NCBI GenBank assembly: GCA_046757665.1
Contig: JBHHYO010000063.1
Location: 1 to 16,312 of the forward strand
Direction of reading: 5' to 3'
Length of the DNA: 16,312 bases
From: Nitrospinales bacterium
Lineage (GTDB): Bacteria; Nitrospinota; Nitrospinia; Nitrospinales; JAJDAT01
The notes under the pieces were generated by a model that made no database searches, was not told the origin of the DNA, and saw nothing but the letters and a program-made list of their open reading frames with translations. This document shows positions 1 through 6,815 of the stretch, piece by piece; the first letter of the stretch is position 1; each line of letters opens with the position of its first letter. The position numbers were made by a program, and so were the translations under genes.

Positions 1-234
1 CAATACCTGCAATCTCTTGACAGAATACACCGTGTGGGTGGTTCCGAAATTCACCAAGCAAATTATCATTTTCTCCAATACGAGCAAACAATTGATCAAG
101 ACATCATGGATAATTTAAACAAAAAAACCCAGAAAATGTACGATATCGTCGAAGGAGACTATCCAATTTACTCTCTGGATATGTCCGAAGATAATAGTGA
201 AATGGAAGCTTATAAAAGGCTATTTGTGCAGTGA
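1..234 (+). CDS. 3' end (partial, open at window edge) of a SNF2-family/SF2 helicase
   Basis: Frame is open from base 1: QYLQSLDRIHRVGGSEIHQANYHFLQYEQTIDQDIMDNLNKK... Q-x-x-D-R-x-H-R-x-G is SNF2 helicase motif VI, followed by the typical TID/E-x-I-x-x-x-L-x-x-K segment. Hand count is about 37% GC. Stop TGA 232-234. Confidence 0.8.
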   Translation, partial: QYLQSLDRIHRVGGSEIHQANYHFLQYEQTIDQDIMDNLNKKTQKMYDIVEGDYPIYSLDMSEDNSEMEAYKRLFVQ

Positions 235-243
235 TCCAAGGCG

Positions 244-1023
244 TCACACCTTGTAATATTTCAGCAGGGAATGGACCATCACCGCGATACTCAAGAGGGA
301 GGTGACGGTCATGGCGGTGAAAAGCCCCACCAGCGCAGTCGGTCCGCGGTTTTTCAAAAAGTCCGCCACCGCCTTGCCGCAGACGAGCAGGCAAAACCCG
401 GCGATGAGAATCGAACCGCCGGCCGCCCCCAGAATCAGCGGACTGAATACGGTTGCCTCGTCCAGATGGTTCAGCAGGGCCAAGGCCCAGCCCAGGGGAA
501 TCAAACTCAAAAAATAAGCCGTATAGGTGGTTCGGGATGTCTCCGTCTTGTTGCGGGCGAATGACTTGATCCCCATTCCCAGGAGAAGAACTATCAGCAG
601 GGCGGAAAAAAAGTCGGTGGTGTTTTTTTGTTTCTGGATGCCCCGGATATAGTTCAGCGCGCCGAGGACGTATTGCGGCACCTCCTCGTCCATTTCGTAA
701 AACCCGCCGCGTTCCGTGTCGTAGGCGAAAACCCGCGCCGTGGTCGATTCCGCCGGCAGGGAAATGGCGCGGTACTGGTCCGCCTCCGCATACTGGATTT
801 CCAGGTAAACAATTCCCGAATGATATTTTAAACCGTACTTGCCGATTTCCTCCAGGTTTTTGGCGTACCGGCCGTGTTCCTGATGAAACGTTTCCTGAAT
901 TTTCATCAAGTCCAGCAGGGCCTGCCTGGCCTGGACGTCGGCGTCATTCTCGAAGATAGGCGCGCAGGCAGAAAGGCAGACGGTCAGGATGAGCGAAAAA
1001 ATAAGGGTTCTTGTCGGTTGCAC
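244..1023 (-). CDS. Putative lipoprotein/membrane protein with a pilin (PilE/ComP)-like N-terminal domain and about 4 C-terminal TM helices
   Basis: ORF 244..1092; likely GTG start at 1023 gives a signal peptide (RTLIFSLILTVC) plus lipobox LSAC. The segment QARQALLDLMKIQETFHQEHGRY resembles the type IV pilin alpha1-C helix. Four hydrophobic stretches follow in the C-terminal half. Start is uncertain. Confidence 0.7.
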   Translation of the reverse strand: MQPTRTLIFSLILTVCLSACAPIFENDADVQARQALLDLMKIQETFHQEHGRYAKNLEEIGKYGLKYHSGIVYLEIQYAEADQYRAISLPAESTTARVFAYDTERGGFYEMDEEVPQYVLGALNYIRGIQKQKNTTDFFSALLIVLLLGMGIKSFARNKTETSRTTYTAYFLSLIPLGWALALLNHLDEATVFSPLILGAAGGSILIAGFCLLVCGKAVADFLKNRGPTALVGLFTAMTVTSLLSIAVMVHSLLKYYKV

Positions 1024-1170
1024 GGGGATTGTCGGTTTGCCGTTAAAGGAAAACAAGGAAACCGGTATGTTGACATAAAAATCTATCGGCACAAAATAAA
1101 TTTCGCGCCGGACCTATGTTAAGCTTTTTAGTGGGTTGCTGAAAAGTCGGATCGAGGCGGTTTTTTTTAA

Positions 1171-1392
1171 TGTCATGCTGAGCGATCGACCCGGTTTCCG
1201 GGTTGATTGAGGAACACGGGAGGCGAAAGCAAGCCCTTGAAACTGGATCGCACGCCGCCTGCGGCGGCTCGCGATGACGAATGATGGGCCGTCATTGCGA
1301 GCGTAGCGAAGCAATCCAGAAAGGCGATGTTCCTTAGGATCTTGTCGAAGCATGAAAAAGGTTTGCCACCCTTCGACAGGCTCAGGGTGACA
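1171..1392. repeat. REP-like palindrome TGTCATGCTGAGC|TTGTCGAAG ... CTTCGACAGGCTCAGGGTGACA with its left arm split by a 158-bp insert
   Basis: 1171-1183 pairs with 1380-1392 and 1342-1350 pairs with 1371-1379. The right arm 1371-1392 is contiguous, while the left arm is interrupted by 1184-1341. Confidence 0.8.
1243..1319. repeat. Second REP-like palindrome family (GTCATTGCGAGC...GAAGCAATCC type), arms back-to-back
   Basis: GCTCGCGATGAC (1267-1278) pairs with GTCATTGCGAGC (1291-1302); CTGGATCGC (1243-1251) pairs with GCAATCCAG (1311-1319); internal hairpin CGCCGC-ct-GCGGCG (1253-1266). Confidence 0.8.
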
Positions 1393-1398
1393 ACCTTA

Positions 1399-1412
1399 CC
1401 CCCCCCCCCCCC
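1399..1412. repeat. Homopolymer C14 tract
   Basis: 14 consecutive C residues read directly. Confidence 0.95.
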
Positions 1413-1466
1413 TCACAGGATTTTTCAGCAACCCGTCAAGTTTAAATTTCAAAATCCGGGTTGGCA

Positions 1467-2018
1467 ATGGGCGATATCTGGAAAAATTTGAAGTTTGTTA
1501 CCGGCAACACCAACAAACTCCGGGAGGCGCGGCAGATTCTTGGCCTGCCGCTGGAGCACGCGGACTTGCCGGACCTGGATGAAATTCAAACCAGCGACGT
1601 GGAAAAAGTGGTGGTTCATAAACTGAGCCAGGCGCATGGCCGGCTTCGATGTCCGGTGATGGTCGAGGACTCCGGCTTGCTCTTTTGCGCGTGGAACGGC
1701 CTGCCCGGCGCCCTGGTGAAATGGTTTGAGAAAAGCGTCGGTTGCGGGGGAATGGTGAAAATGCTGAAGCCGTTCGCCGACCGGCGGGCCGTGGCGGCGT
1801 GTTATGTGGGGGTGCGCGACGGCGAACAGGTCAGAATCGCCAAAGGTGAGGTTCGCGGTACGATAGCGCTTGAGGAGCGGGGAGCAAACGGATTCGGCTG
1901 GGATTCTATTTTCATACCCGACGGCCACGTCCGCACCTACGCGGAAATGAGCGCCGAGGAAAAAAACGCCATCTCCCACCGCCGGAGAGCCTTTGAAGCC
2001 CTCAAGGAGATGCTGTAG
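1467..2018 (+). CDS. rdgB: Non-canonical purine NTP pyrophosphatase (HAM1/ITPase/RdgB family)
   Basis: Motifs FVTGNTNK, LDEIQ, VEDSGL, NGLPG, GFGWDSIF, TYAEM, KNAISHR. ATG at 1467, 183 aa. Confidence 0.95.
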   Translation: MGDIWKNLKFVTGNTNKLREARQILGLPLEHADLPDLDEIQTSDVEKVVVHKLSQAHGRLRCPVMVEDSGLLFCAWNGLPGALVKWFEKSVGCGGMVKMLKPFADRRAVAACYVGVRDGEQVRIAKGEVRGTIALEERGANGFGWDSIFIPDGHVRTYAEMSAEEKNAISHRRRAFEALKEML

Positions 2019-2021
2019 GTC

Positions 2022-2390
2022 TTACGCGGAGCTTTTTGGGAGGGCTCGTTGTCTTATCCGATCCCTGTTCAGGACGGTAAATTTTCTTTTCAGAGATATT
2101 CTGGAATCCCCAACAAGCCTTAAAAGTTGTTCCGCCGGTTCTTCGGGCGAATTAGGGGAGAAACGAAAATAAACAACACCCGCCGGAATTTTGAATCCTT
2201 TCTGGAAAATCAAGTTTCCATAGTCCCGGTCAAATGTACTTATGATCCTGCTCTCTTTTTCGGCAAAAGTCAGTACGCTTTGATCTGTCGCTCCGGGCAG
2301 GACTTCTTTAACGGCCGTGACATCATAACCGCTATCGCGAAGCCGCCGGATACTTGCCAAGGGAACATTCTCATTAGCAAGAAACCGCAT
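2022..2390 (-). CDS. DUF5615 PIN-like (VapC45-like) toxin
   Basis: MRFLANENVP...GYDV...GATDQSVL...E.RII.TFDRDYG.L...GVVYFR pattern; 122 aa; starts 2 nt after the DUF433 stop. Confidence 0.9.
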   Translation of the reverse strand: MRFLANENVPLASIRRLRDSGYDVTAVKEVLPGATDQSVLTFAEKESRIISTFDRDYGNLIFQKGFKIPAGVVYFRFSPNSPEEPAEQLLRLVGDSRISLKRKFTVLNRDRIRQRALPKSSA

Positions 2391-2392
2391 GT

Positions 2393-2692
2393 TTATTTTT
2401 GCAAGGGGAGGTAAAGCTCATCGTGCATGCCTTCGGCGGCATAAGCGAAAACCGCCTTGAGGGATTCCGGAGTGAGGGTGGGATAGTTTTCCAGAACTTG
2501 TTCGGCGGTCCATCCGGAAGCAAAAAGGTCGAGAATAAAATCCACCGCAAGGCGAGTTCCCTTGACAACGGGTTTGCCCATTAATATTTCCGGATCACGG
2601 CAAATATAAGATTGTCAGTCAGTTTGAGGGGCAATATTTATTTTTTTCTCCGGCTGTTCGGCAACACGCCTGGTTTTTTCTTTTTTAGCCAT
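2393..2692 (-). pseudogene. DUF433 (VapB45-like) antitoxin interrupted by an in-frame TGA at 2615-2617; may instead be expressed from the internal ATG at 2581
   Basis: From ATG 2692 one frame reads MAKKEKTRRVAEQPEKKINIAPQTD*QSYICRDPEILMGKPVVKGTRLAVDFILDLFASGWTAEQVLENYPTL... DUF433 similarity (I..DPEIL.GKP.VKGTR) extends upstream of the ORF-track start at 2581. The family call is firm; pseudogene status is less so. Confidence 0.7.
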
Positions 2693-2763
2693 TGTCTTTA
2701 AGAGCAGATTGATATTTATTAATTCGGTTGTTTCTCGACGTTACTTCTTTCCGCTTGAAAAAA

Positions 2764-2772
2764 ATTATAGCA
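2764..2772 (-). promoter_or_regulatory. Extended -10 sigma70 promoter (TGcTATAAT) for the toxin-antitoxin operon
   Basis: Reverse complement of 2764-2772 is TGCTATAAT, a perfect TGn-TATAAT, about 70 nt upstream of ATG 2692. No consensus -35. Confidence 0.6.
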
Positions 2773-2860
2773 CGGTTTAAGAACGACTGGAGGGGTTTTC
2801 CCGGATGGATGATGAAACGAAGCCGCAAGGCGGAGCGGCGGGCGTGATCGGGGGAAAACA

Positions 2861-3244
2861 TCAATCCGGCCGCGACAGGGCGCGGTGCAATTCCTCAAAA
2901 AGCGAGCAGTAATTTTCCAGTCGGCTGTGGATCGAGTCCGCTGTTTCTCCGCTTGGGTGGCCTTGAATCTGCTCGTAATCCCGCGCCGCGGCCTGCCAGT
3001 CGGTGGTGGCTTCCAGCCAGCCCGCGTTTACCGCCAGCTCGAAACATTGTTGCGCGGAGTGGCACTCCCGGTTTTGCCGGGCGGCGAAAGCGCCGATGCT
3101 TTTCAATGCCTGGTCGAAGGCGAAGCCGAAGCGTTGCAGGGCGGCGTCGCGGTAGTAGGGCGTTTTCTCTCTTTGCAAGATTTCGCGTAGCCGGCGGATA
3201 TTCCATTCGAAATGTTCCAGCAGAACTTTTGCGTTTGGTTGCAT
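2861..3244 (-). CDS. HI0074-family nucleotidyltransferase substrate-binding (HEPN) protein, degenerate
   Basis: RDAALQRFGFAFDQALK resembles the family motif RDxxIQRFEFxxELxWK; SAQQCFELAVNAGWL resembles SPRxxFRxAFxxGLI. ATG 3244 lies 2 nt after the methyltransferase stop. Confidence 0.75.
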   Translation of the reverse strand: MQPNAKVLLEHFEWNIRRLREILQREKTPYYRDAALQRFGFAFDQALKSIGAFAARQNRECHSAQQCFELAVNAGWLEATTDWQAAARDYEQIQGHPSGETADSIHSRLENYCSLFEELHRALSRPD

Positions 3245-3246
3245 GG

Positions 3247-3984
3247 TCAAACCGGTTTTTCCGCCAGGATGATAAGGCTGGAGCCGAACGGCAGGCAGAC
3301 GCGGCGCAGAACGGCGGCTTCCCAGCTCATGACCTGCATGATCAGGCGGTTGATCGGGCCGGGCACGGGGAATACGTTCGATTGCTCATCGCCGTCCGGC
3401 AAAAGCCTTTGCAGAAACCGGACCGCGGCGAGGAGGGGAAAGGTCGCGGCAAACATGTAACTGGCCCTGCGGATGGTGAACCCGGTTGCGCGCAGTTTTT
3501 CGCAAAGCAACGGGAGGGTGTAGCGCTCGCGGGTCATCACGGCTTTGTCGTGGCGGCTGGTCAGAAAAGGAAACGCCGAATCGGTGATCAACAATGCGCC
3601 GCCGGGCTTGAGTATGCGATAAAATTCCTCCAGCAGGGCTCGGTCGTCAATCACCCAGCTATGGTACAGGACGTCGAGCGCCGCGACGAGGTCGAAGGCG
3701 CCGGTTTGGAAGCTCATGGAGTTCAAGTCGCCGCGCACCAGGGTACGCAAATCGCGTTGCCGGCAGAAAGCCAGGGCATCCGCCGACATGTCGGCGCTGA
3801 CGACGCGCCCGTAGCATTGCAGAAACAGGTGGTTCGCCCCGGTGCCGCATCCGGCGTCGAAGATCAACGGGTTGTCGGGGATGGCGGCGGTTTCCAGAAA
3901 GGCGGCGACAAACGCCCGCTTGGCGGCGAAAAACCAGTGCGTCTCCTCCTCCTGAAACATTTTGGCGTATTCGTCTTTTTTCAA
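3247..3984 (-). CDS. Class I SAM-dependent methyltransferase (Methyltransf_11 type)
   Basis: Motif I IFDAGCGTG, FDLVAALDVLYH, RILKPGG; N-terminal EETHWFF.AKR and C-terminal LPFGSSL are typical of a glycan-locus-associated subfamily. TTG start. Confidence 0.92.
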   Translation of the reverse strand: MKKDEYAKMFQEEETHWFFAAKRAFVAAFLETAAIPDNPLIFDAGCGTGANHLFLQCYGRVVSADMSADALAFCRQRDLRTLVRGDLNSMSFQTGAFDLVAALDVLYHSWVIDDRALLEEFYRILKPGGALLITDSAFPFLTSRHDKAVMTRERYTLPLLCEKLRATGFTIRRASYMFAATFPLLAAVRFLQRLLPDGDEQSNVFPVPGPINRLIMQVMSWEAAVLRRVCLPFGSSLIILAEKPV

Positions 3985-4125
3985 TTCCCCGCCGCTCCGT
4001 TCTTTTTCCTCCTTCGAGAAGAAGGATCGGGAAGAAACTTTGAATTGCCCGCGGGAAAATGATATTCTCTTGCATCCTGATTTACAAATTTAATGTCCAT
4101 AATTTGTTTGATGCCCCCTGATGTT

Positions 4126-4575
4126 ATGACTGAAACGGAGCGCTTTGTCGATAACGGAGACGGCACCGTTATGGATCGAAAAACCGGCTTGATGTGGACC
4201 CGGACGGACACCATGAACGATCTGAAAAAATGGGTCAATTATCAGGAAGCCGGGGATTACGTTCGGGAACTCAAGGCGAATCGGTTTGCCGGATACGATG
4301 ACTGGCGTTTGCCCGGCAGGGATGAAATGCTGACGCTGTACGATGAGTCCTTTTCCAACAAGGATGCGTTCGGCAAGGAAATCCACATCAGCGGCCGGTT
4401 TGCCCCGGGCGGCGGGATTTCCATGATGGCGCAGATTGTCAGCGGCCGCCCGCGGACGTTTGTTTTGAGTTTGCGGGACGGGCAGGTTTCCAGTCCCGAT
4501 GGGTTGTGGACGTTGTCCGAATCGGCTCGAGCGGTGCGTTTTGCGGCCGCTCACGATCAGGAAAACATGCCTTAG
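4126..4575 (+). CDS. DUF1566 (Lcl C-terminal) domain protein
   Basis: RFVDNGDGTVMDRKTGLMW, AGYDDWRLP..DEM.TL, terminal ARAVR. Alternative in-frame ATGs at 4093 and 4111. No signal peptide evident. Confidence 0.9.
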   Translation: MTETERFVDNGDGTVMDRKTGLMWTRTDTMNDLKKWVNYQEAGDYVRELKANRFAGYDDWRLPGRDEMLTLYDESFSNKDAFGKEIHISGRFAPGGGISMMAQIVSGRPRTFVLSLRDGQVSSPDGLWTLSESARAVRFAAAHDQENMP

Positions 4576-4581
4576 AGGAGG
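4574..4581 (+). promoter_or_regulatory. Shine-Dalgarno site of acs
   Basis: AGAGGAGG ending 8 nt before ATG 4590. Confidence 0.85.
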
Positions 4582-4589
4582 TTTGTTGA

Positions 4590-6554
4590 ATGTCGGAAAT
4601 TTATCATCCGCCGCCGGCGGTCAGCCAGGCGGCCTGGATAAAAAGCATGGAACAATATCGGGAAATGTACGATCGTTCCGTCAACGATCCGGGCGCATTT
4701 TGGGCCGAGCAGGCGGAAGAGTTCGTCTGGTTCAGGAAATGGGATCAGGTGCGTGATTTTAATTACAACGTCAAAAACGGCCCCATCGTCATTGAATGGT
4801 TCAAGGGAGCCCGCACCAACATTACCGTGAACTGCCTGGACCGGCATCTGGAATCCATGGGGGACCGGACCGCCATTCTCTGGGAGGGCAACGAGCCCGG
4901 AGAAACCCGCACTCTAACGTACCGCCAACTGCATGAAGAGGTTTGCCGGTTCGCCAATGTCCTGAAAAAACACGGCGTGAAAAAAGGCGACCGGGTGTCC
5001 ATTTATTTGCCGATGATTCCCGAACTGGCCGTCGCCATGCTGGCGTGCGCCCGTATAGGCGCGGTGCATTCGATCGTGTTTGGCGGGTTCTCCGCCTCGG
5101 CGCTGGCGGACCGGATTGTGGACTCCGCCTGTGGCGTGTTGATCACTTCGGATGGGTCATTTCGCGGCGCCAAACCGGTTTCGCTCAAGAACGCCGCCGA
5201 CGAAGCCGTGGCCCTTGCCGAGTCTGCCGGTGTCAAGGTCCATACCTGTATCGTCGTCCAACGGGTGGGCGACAAAATTCCGGTGGACATGGCGGCGGGC
5301 CGGGATCACTGGTGGCACGACGAAATGGCGGCGGCCGGCGCCGAATGCCAGGCGGAGCCGATGGACGCCGAGGACCCCTTGTTTCTTCTTTATACTTCCG
5401 GCTCCACGGGAAAACCGAAAGGGGCGCAACATCACGTGGCGGGGTACATGGTTTTTGCCGCGGTCACTCATAAATATATTTTCGATTACCACCCCGGCGA
5501 CATCTGGTGGTGCACCGCGGACATCGGCTGGGTGACCGGCCATTCCTACATCGTGTATGGTCCGCTGGCCAACGGCGCCACCACCGTCATGTTCGAGGGC
5601 ATTCCCACCTATCCGGACGCCGGACGTTTCTGGGACATGGTGCAACGGCATAACGTCACCCAGTTTTATACCGCGCCGACCGCCATCCGGGCGTTGATGT
5701 CCTGCGGCGACGACTTTCCCGCCAAATACGACTTGTCCTCCCTGCGCGTGCTGGGAACGGTGGGCGAGCCCATCAATCCGGAAGCCTGGCGGTGGTACCA
5801 CAAAAATATCGGCCGCGGCAATTGTCCTATTGTCGATACCTGGTGGCAAACCGAGACCGGGGGAATACTCATTACGCCCCTGCCGGGATGTACTCCCACC
5901 AAACCGGGGTCCGCGACTTTGCCTTTTTTCGGCGTCAAACCGGTGGTCATCGAAGCCGAATCCGGAAAAGCGCTCGAAGGCAACGGGGTGACGGGCGTGC
6001 TCGCCCTGGCCGAACCCTGGCCCGGCCAGATGCGTACCATTTACGGCGACCATGACCGCTTCGAGGAAACGTATTTTAAAATGTATCCCGGTTACTATTT
6101 TACCGGCGACGGATGCCGCCGCGACGCCGATGGCTATTACTGGATCACCGGACGGGTGGACGACGTGATCAACGTCTCCGGCCACCGCATGGGCACCGCC
6201 GAGGTGGAATCCGCCCTTGTGCTTCATGAAGCCGTCGCCGAGGCGGCCGTCGTGGGGTTTCCTCACGAAATCAAGGGGCAGGGGATTTATGCTTACGTCA
6301 CCCTGATGAACGGCATGGAGTATACCGACGACCTGAAAAAGGCACTGAAAAATCACGTCCGCAAGGAGATCGGCCCGATCGCCGCTCCCGATGTCATCCA
6401 CTGGGCGCCCGCGTTGCCCAAAACCCGGTCGGGAAAAATCATGCGCCGCATTCTGCGAAAAATAGCCGCCGACGAAGCCGGCCAACTGGGCGACATTTCC
6501 ACCCTGGCCGACCCTTCCGTCGTCGATCATCTCAAGGCGACTTACAGGAAATAA
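4590..6554 (+). CDS. acs: Acetyl-CoA synthetase (AMP-forming)
   Basis: [64 protein letters not shown] (acetylatable Lys); 654 aa. Confidence 0.98.
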   Translation: MSEIYHPPPAVSQAAWIKSMEQYREMYDRSVNDPGAFWAEQAEEFVWFRKWDQVRDFNYNVKNGPIVIEWFKGARTNITVNCLDRHLESMGDRTAILWEGNEPGETRTLTYRQLHEEVCRFANVLKKHGVKKGDRVSIYLPMIPELAVAMLACARIGAVHSIVFGGFSASALADRIVDSACGVLITSDGSFRGAKPVSLKNAADEAVALAESAGVKVHTCIVVQRVGDKIPVDMAAGRDHWWHDEMAAAGAECQAEPMDAEDPLFLLYTSGSTGKPKGAQHHVAGYMVFAAVTHKYIFDYHPGDIWWCTADIGWVTGHSYIVYGPLANGATTVMFEGIPTYPDAGRFWDMVQRHNVTQFYTAPTAIRALMSCGDDFPAKYDLSSLRVLGTVGEPINPEAWRWYHKNIGRGNCPIVDTWWQTETGGILITPLPGCTPTKPGSATLPFFGVKPVVIEAESGKALEGNGVTGVLALAEPWPGQMRTIYGDHDRFEETYFKMYPGYYFTGDGCRRDADGYYWITGRVDDVINVSGHRMGTAEVESALVLHEAVAEAAVVGFPHEIKGQGIYAYVTLMNGMEYTDDLKKALKNHVRKEIGPIAAPDVIHWAPALPKTRSGKIMRRILRKIAADEAGQLGDISTLADPSVVDHLKATYRK

Positions 6555-6636
6555 AGTCAGCTATAGCCTGAACGGGCGCTCTCTTTTTTCTGGAATGTTT
6601 TCGGTTGCGCGGTGGGATGAAACAGGAAGTCAGGGA

Positions 6637-6666
6637 ATGGAGTTGAACCAAACAGTTCAACTCCAT
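6637..6666. terminator. Perfect 12-bp inverted repeat between convergent acs and TPR genes (possible terminator, RNA-stabilising hairpin or REP)
   Basis: ATGGAGTTGAAC-caaaca-GTTCAACTCCAT. No strong U-tract on either side, so function is uncertain. Confidence 0.45.
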
Positions 6667-6815
6667 ATTCTCTCAGCGACGCCGGAAAAATGAAAGGTTG
6701 CCCCTTCCTCCCCAAAAACTTTATGCGCTTTTTTGAAAAAGCTGCAACAAAACGTATATAGTTTAACCAAATTTAGATTGATGTCAATCAGAAAAACCCT
6801 TATTTTCCCGTCTGT

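Larger units (their letters stand above)
1133..1434. mobile_element. Non-autonomous MITE-like element with 16-bp terminal inverted repeats, containing nested REP-like palindromes
   Basis: GGGTTGCTGAAAAGTC (1133-1148) versus reverse complement of 1419-1434 (GGGTTGCTGAAAAATC): 15/16 identical. No transposase inside and no clear target-site duplication. Confidence 0.7.

Noticed and set aside
1114-1353. 79-aa ORF across the nested element
   Set aside because: It is a translation of palindromic repeat DNA (VIASRRRRRAI) with no domain or RBS.
2615-2617. Selenocysteine reading of the antitoxin TGA
   Set aside because: The position corresponds to a Trp rather than a Cys in the family and the downstream hairpin is weak. 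Genome-wide TGA recoding is also unlikely because several genes here end in TGA.
5157-6530. 457-aa minus-strand ORF, and similar long ORFs at 2953-4062, 7533-8531, 9423-10259, 11215-12261 and 12661-13965
   Set aside because: They are antisense or off-frame shadows of well-supported genes in GC-rich DNA and show no recognisable motifs.
6776-6789. Palindrome GATTGA-tg-TCAATC as an FNR/CRP site
   Set aside because: The spacing does not fit TTGAT-N4-ATCAA and it lies between two gene ends.
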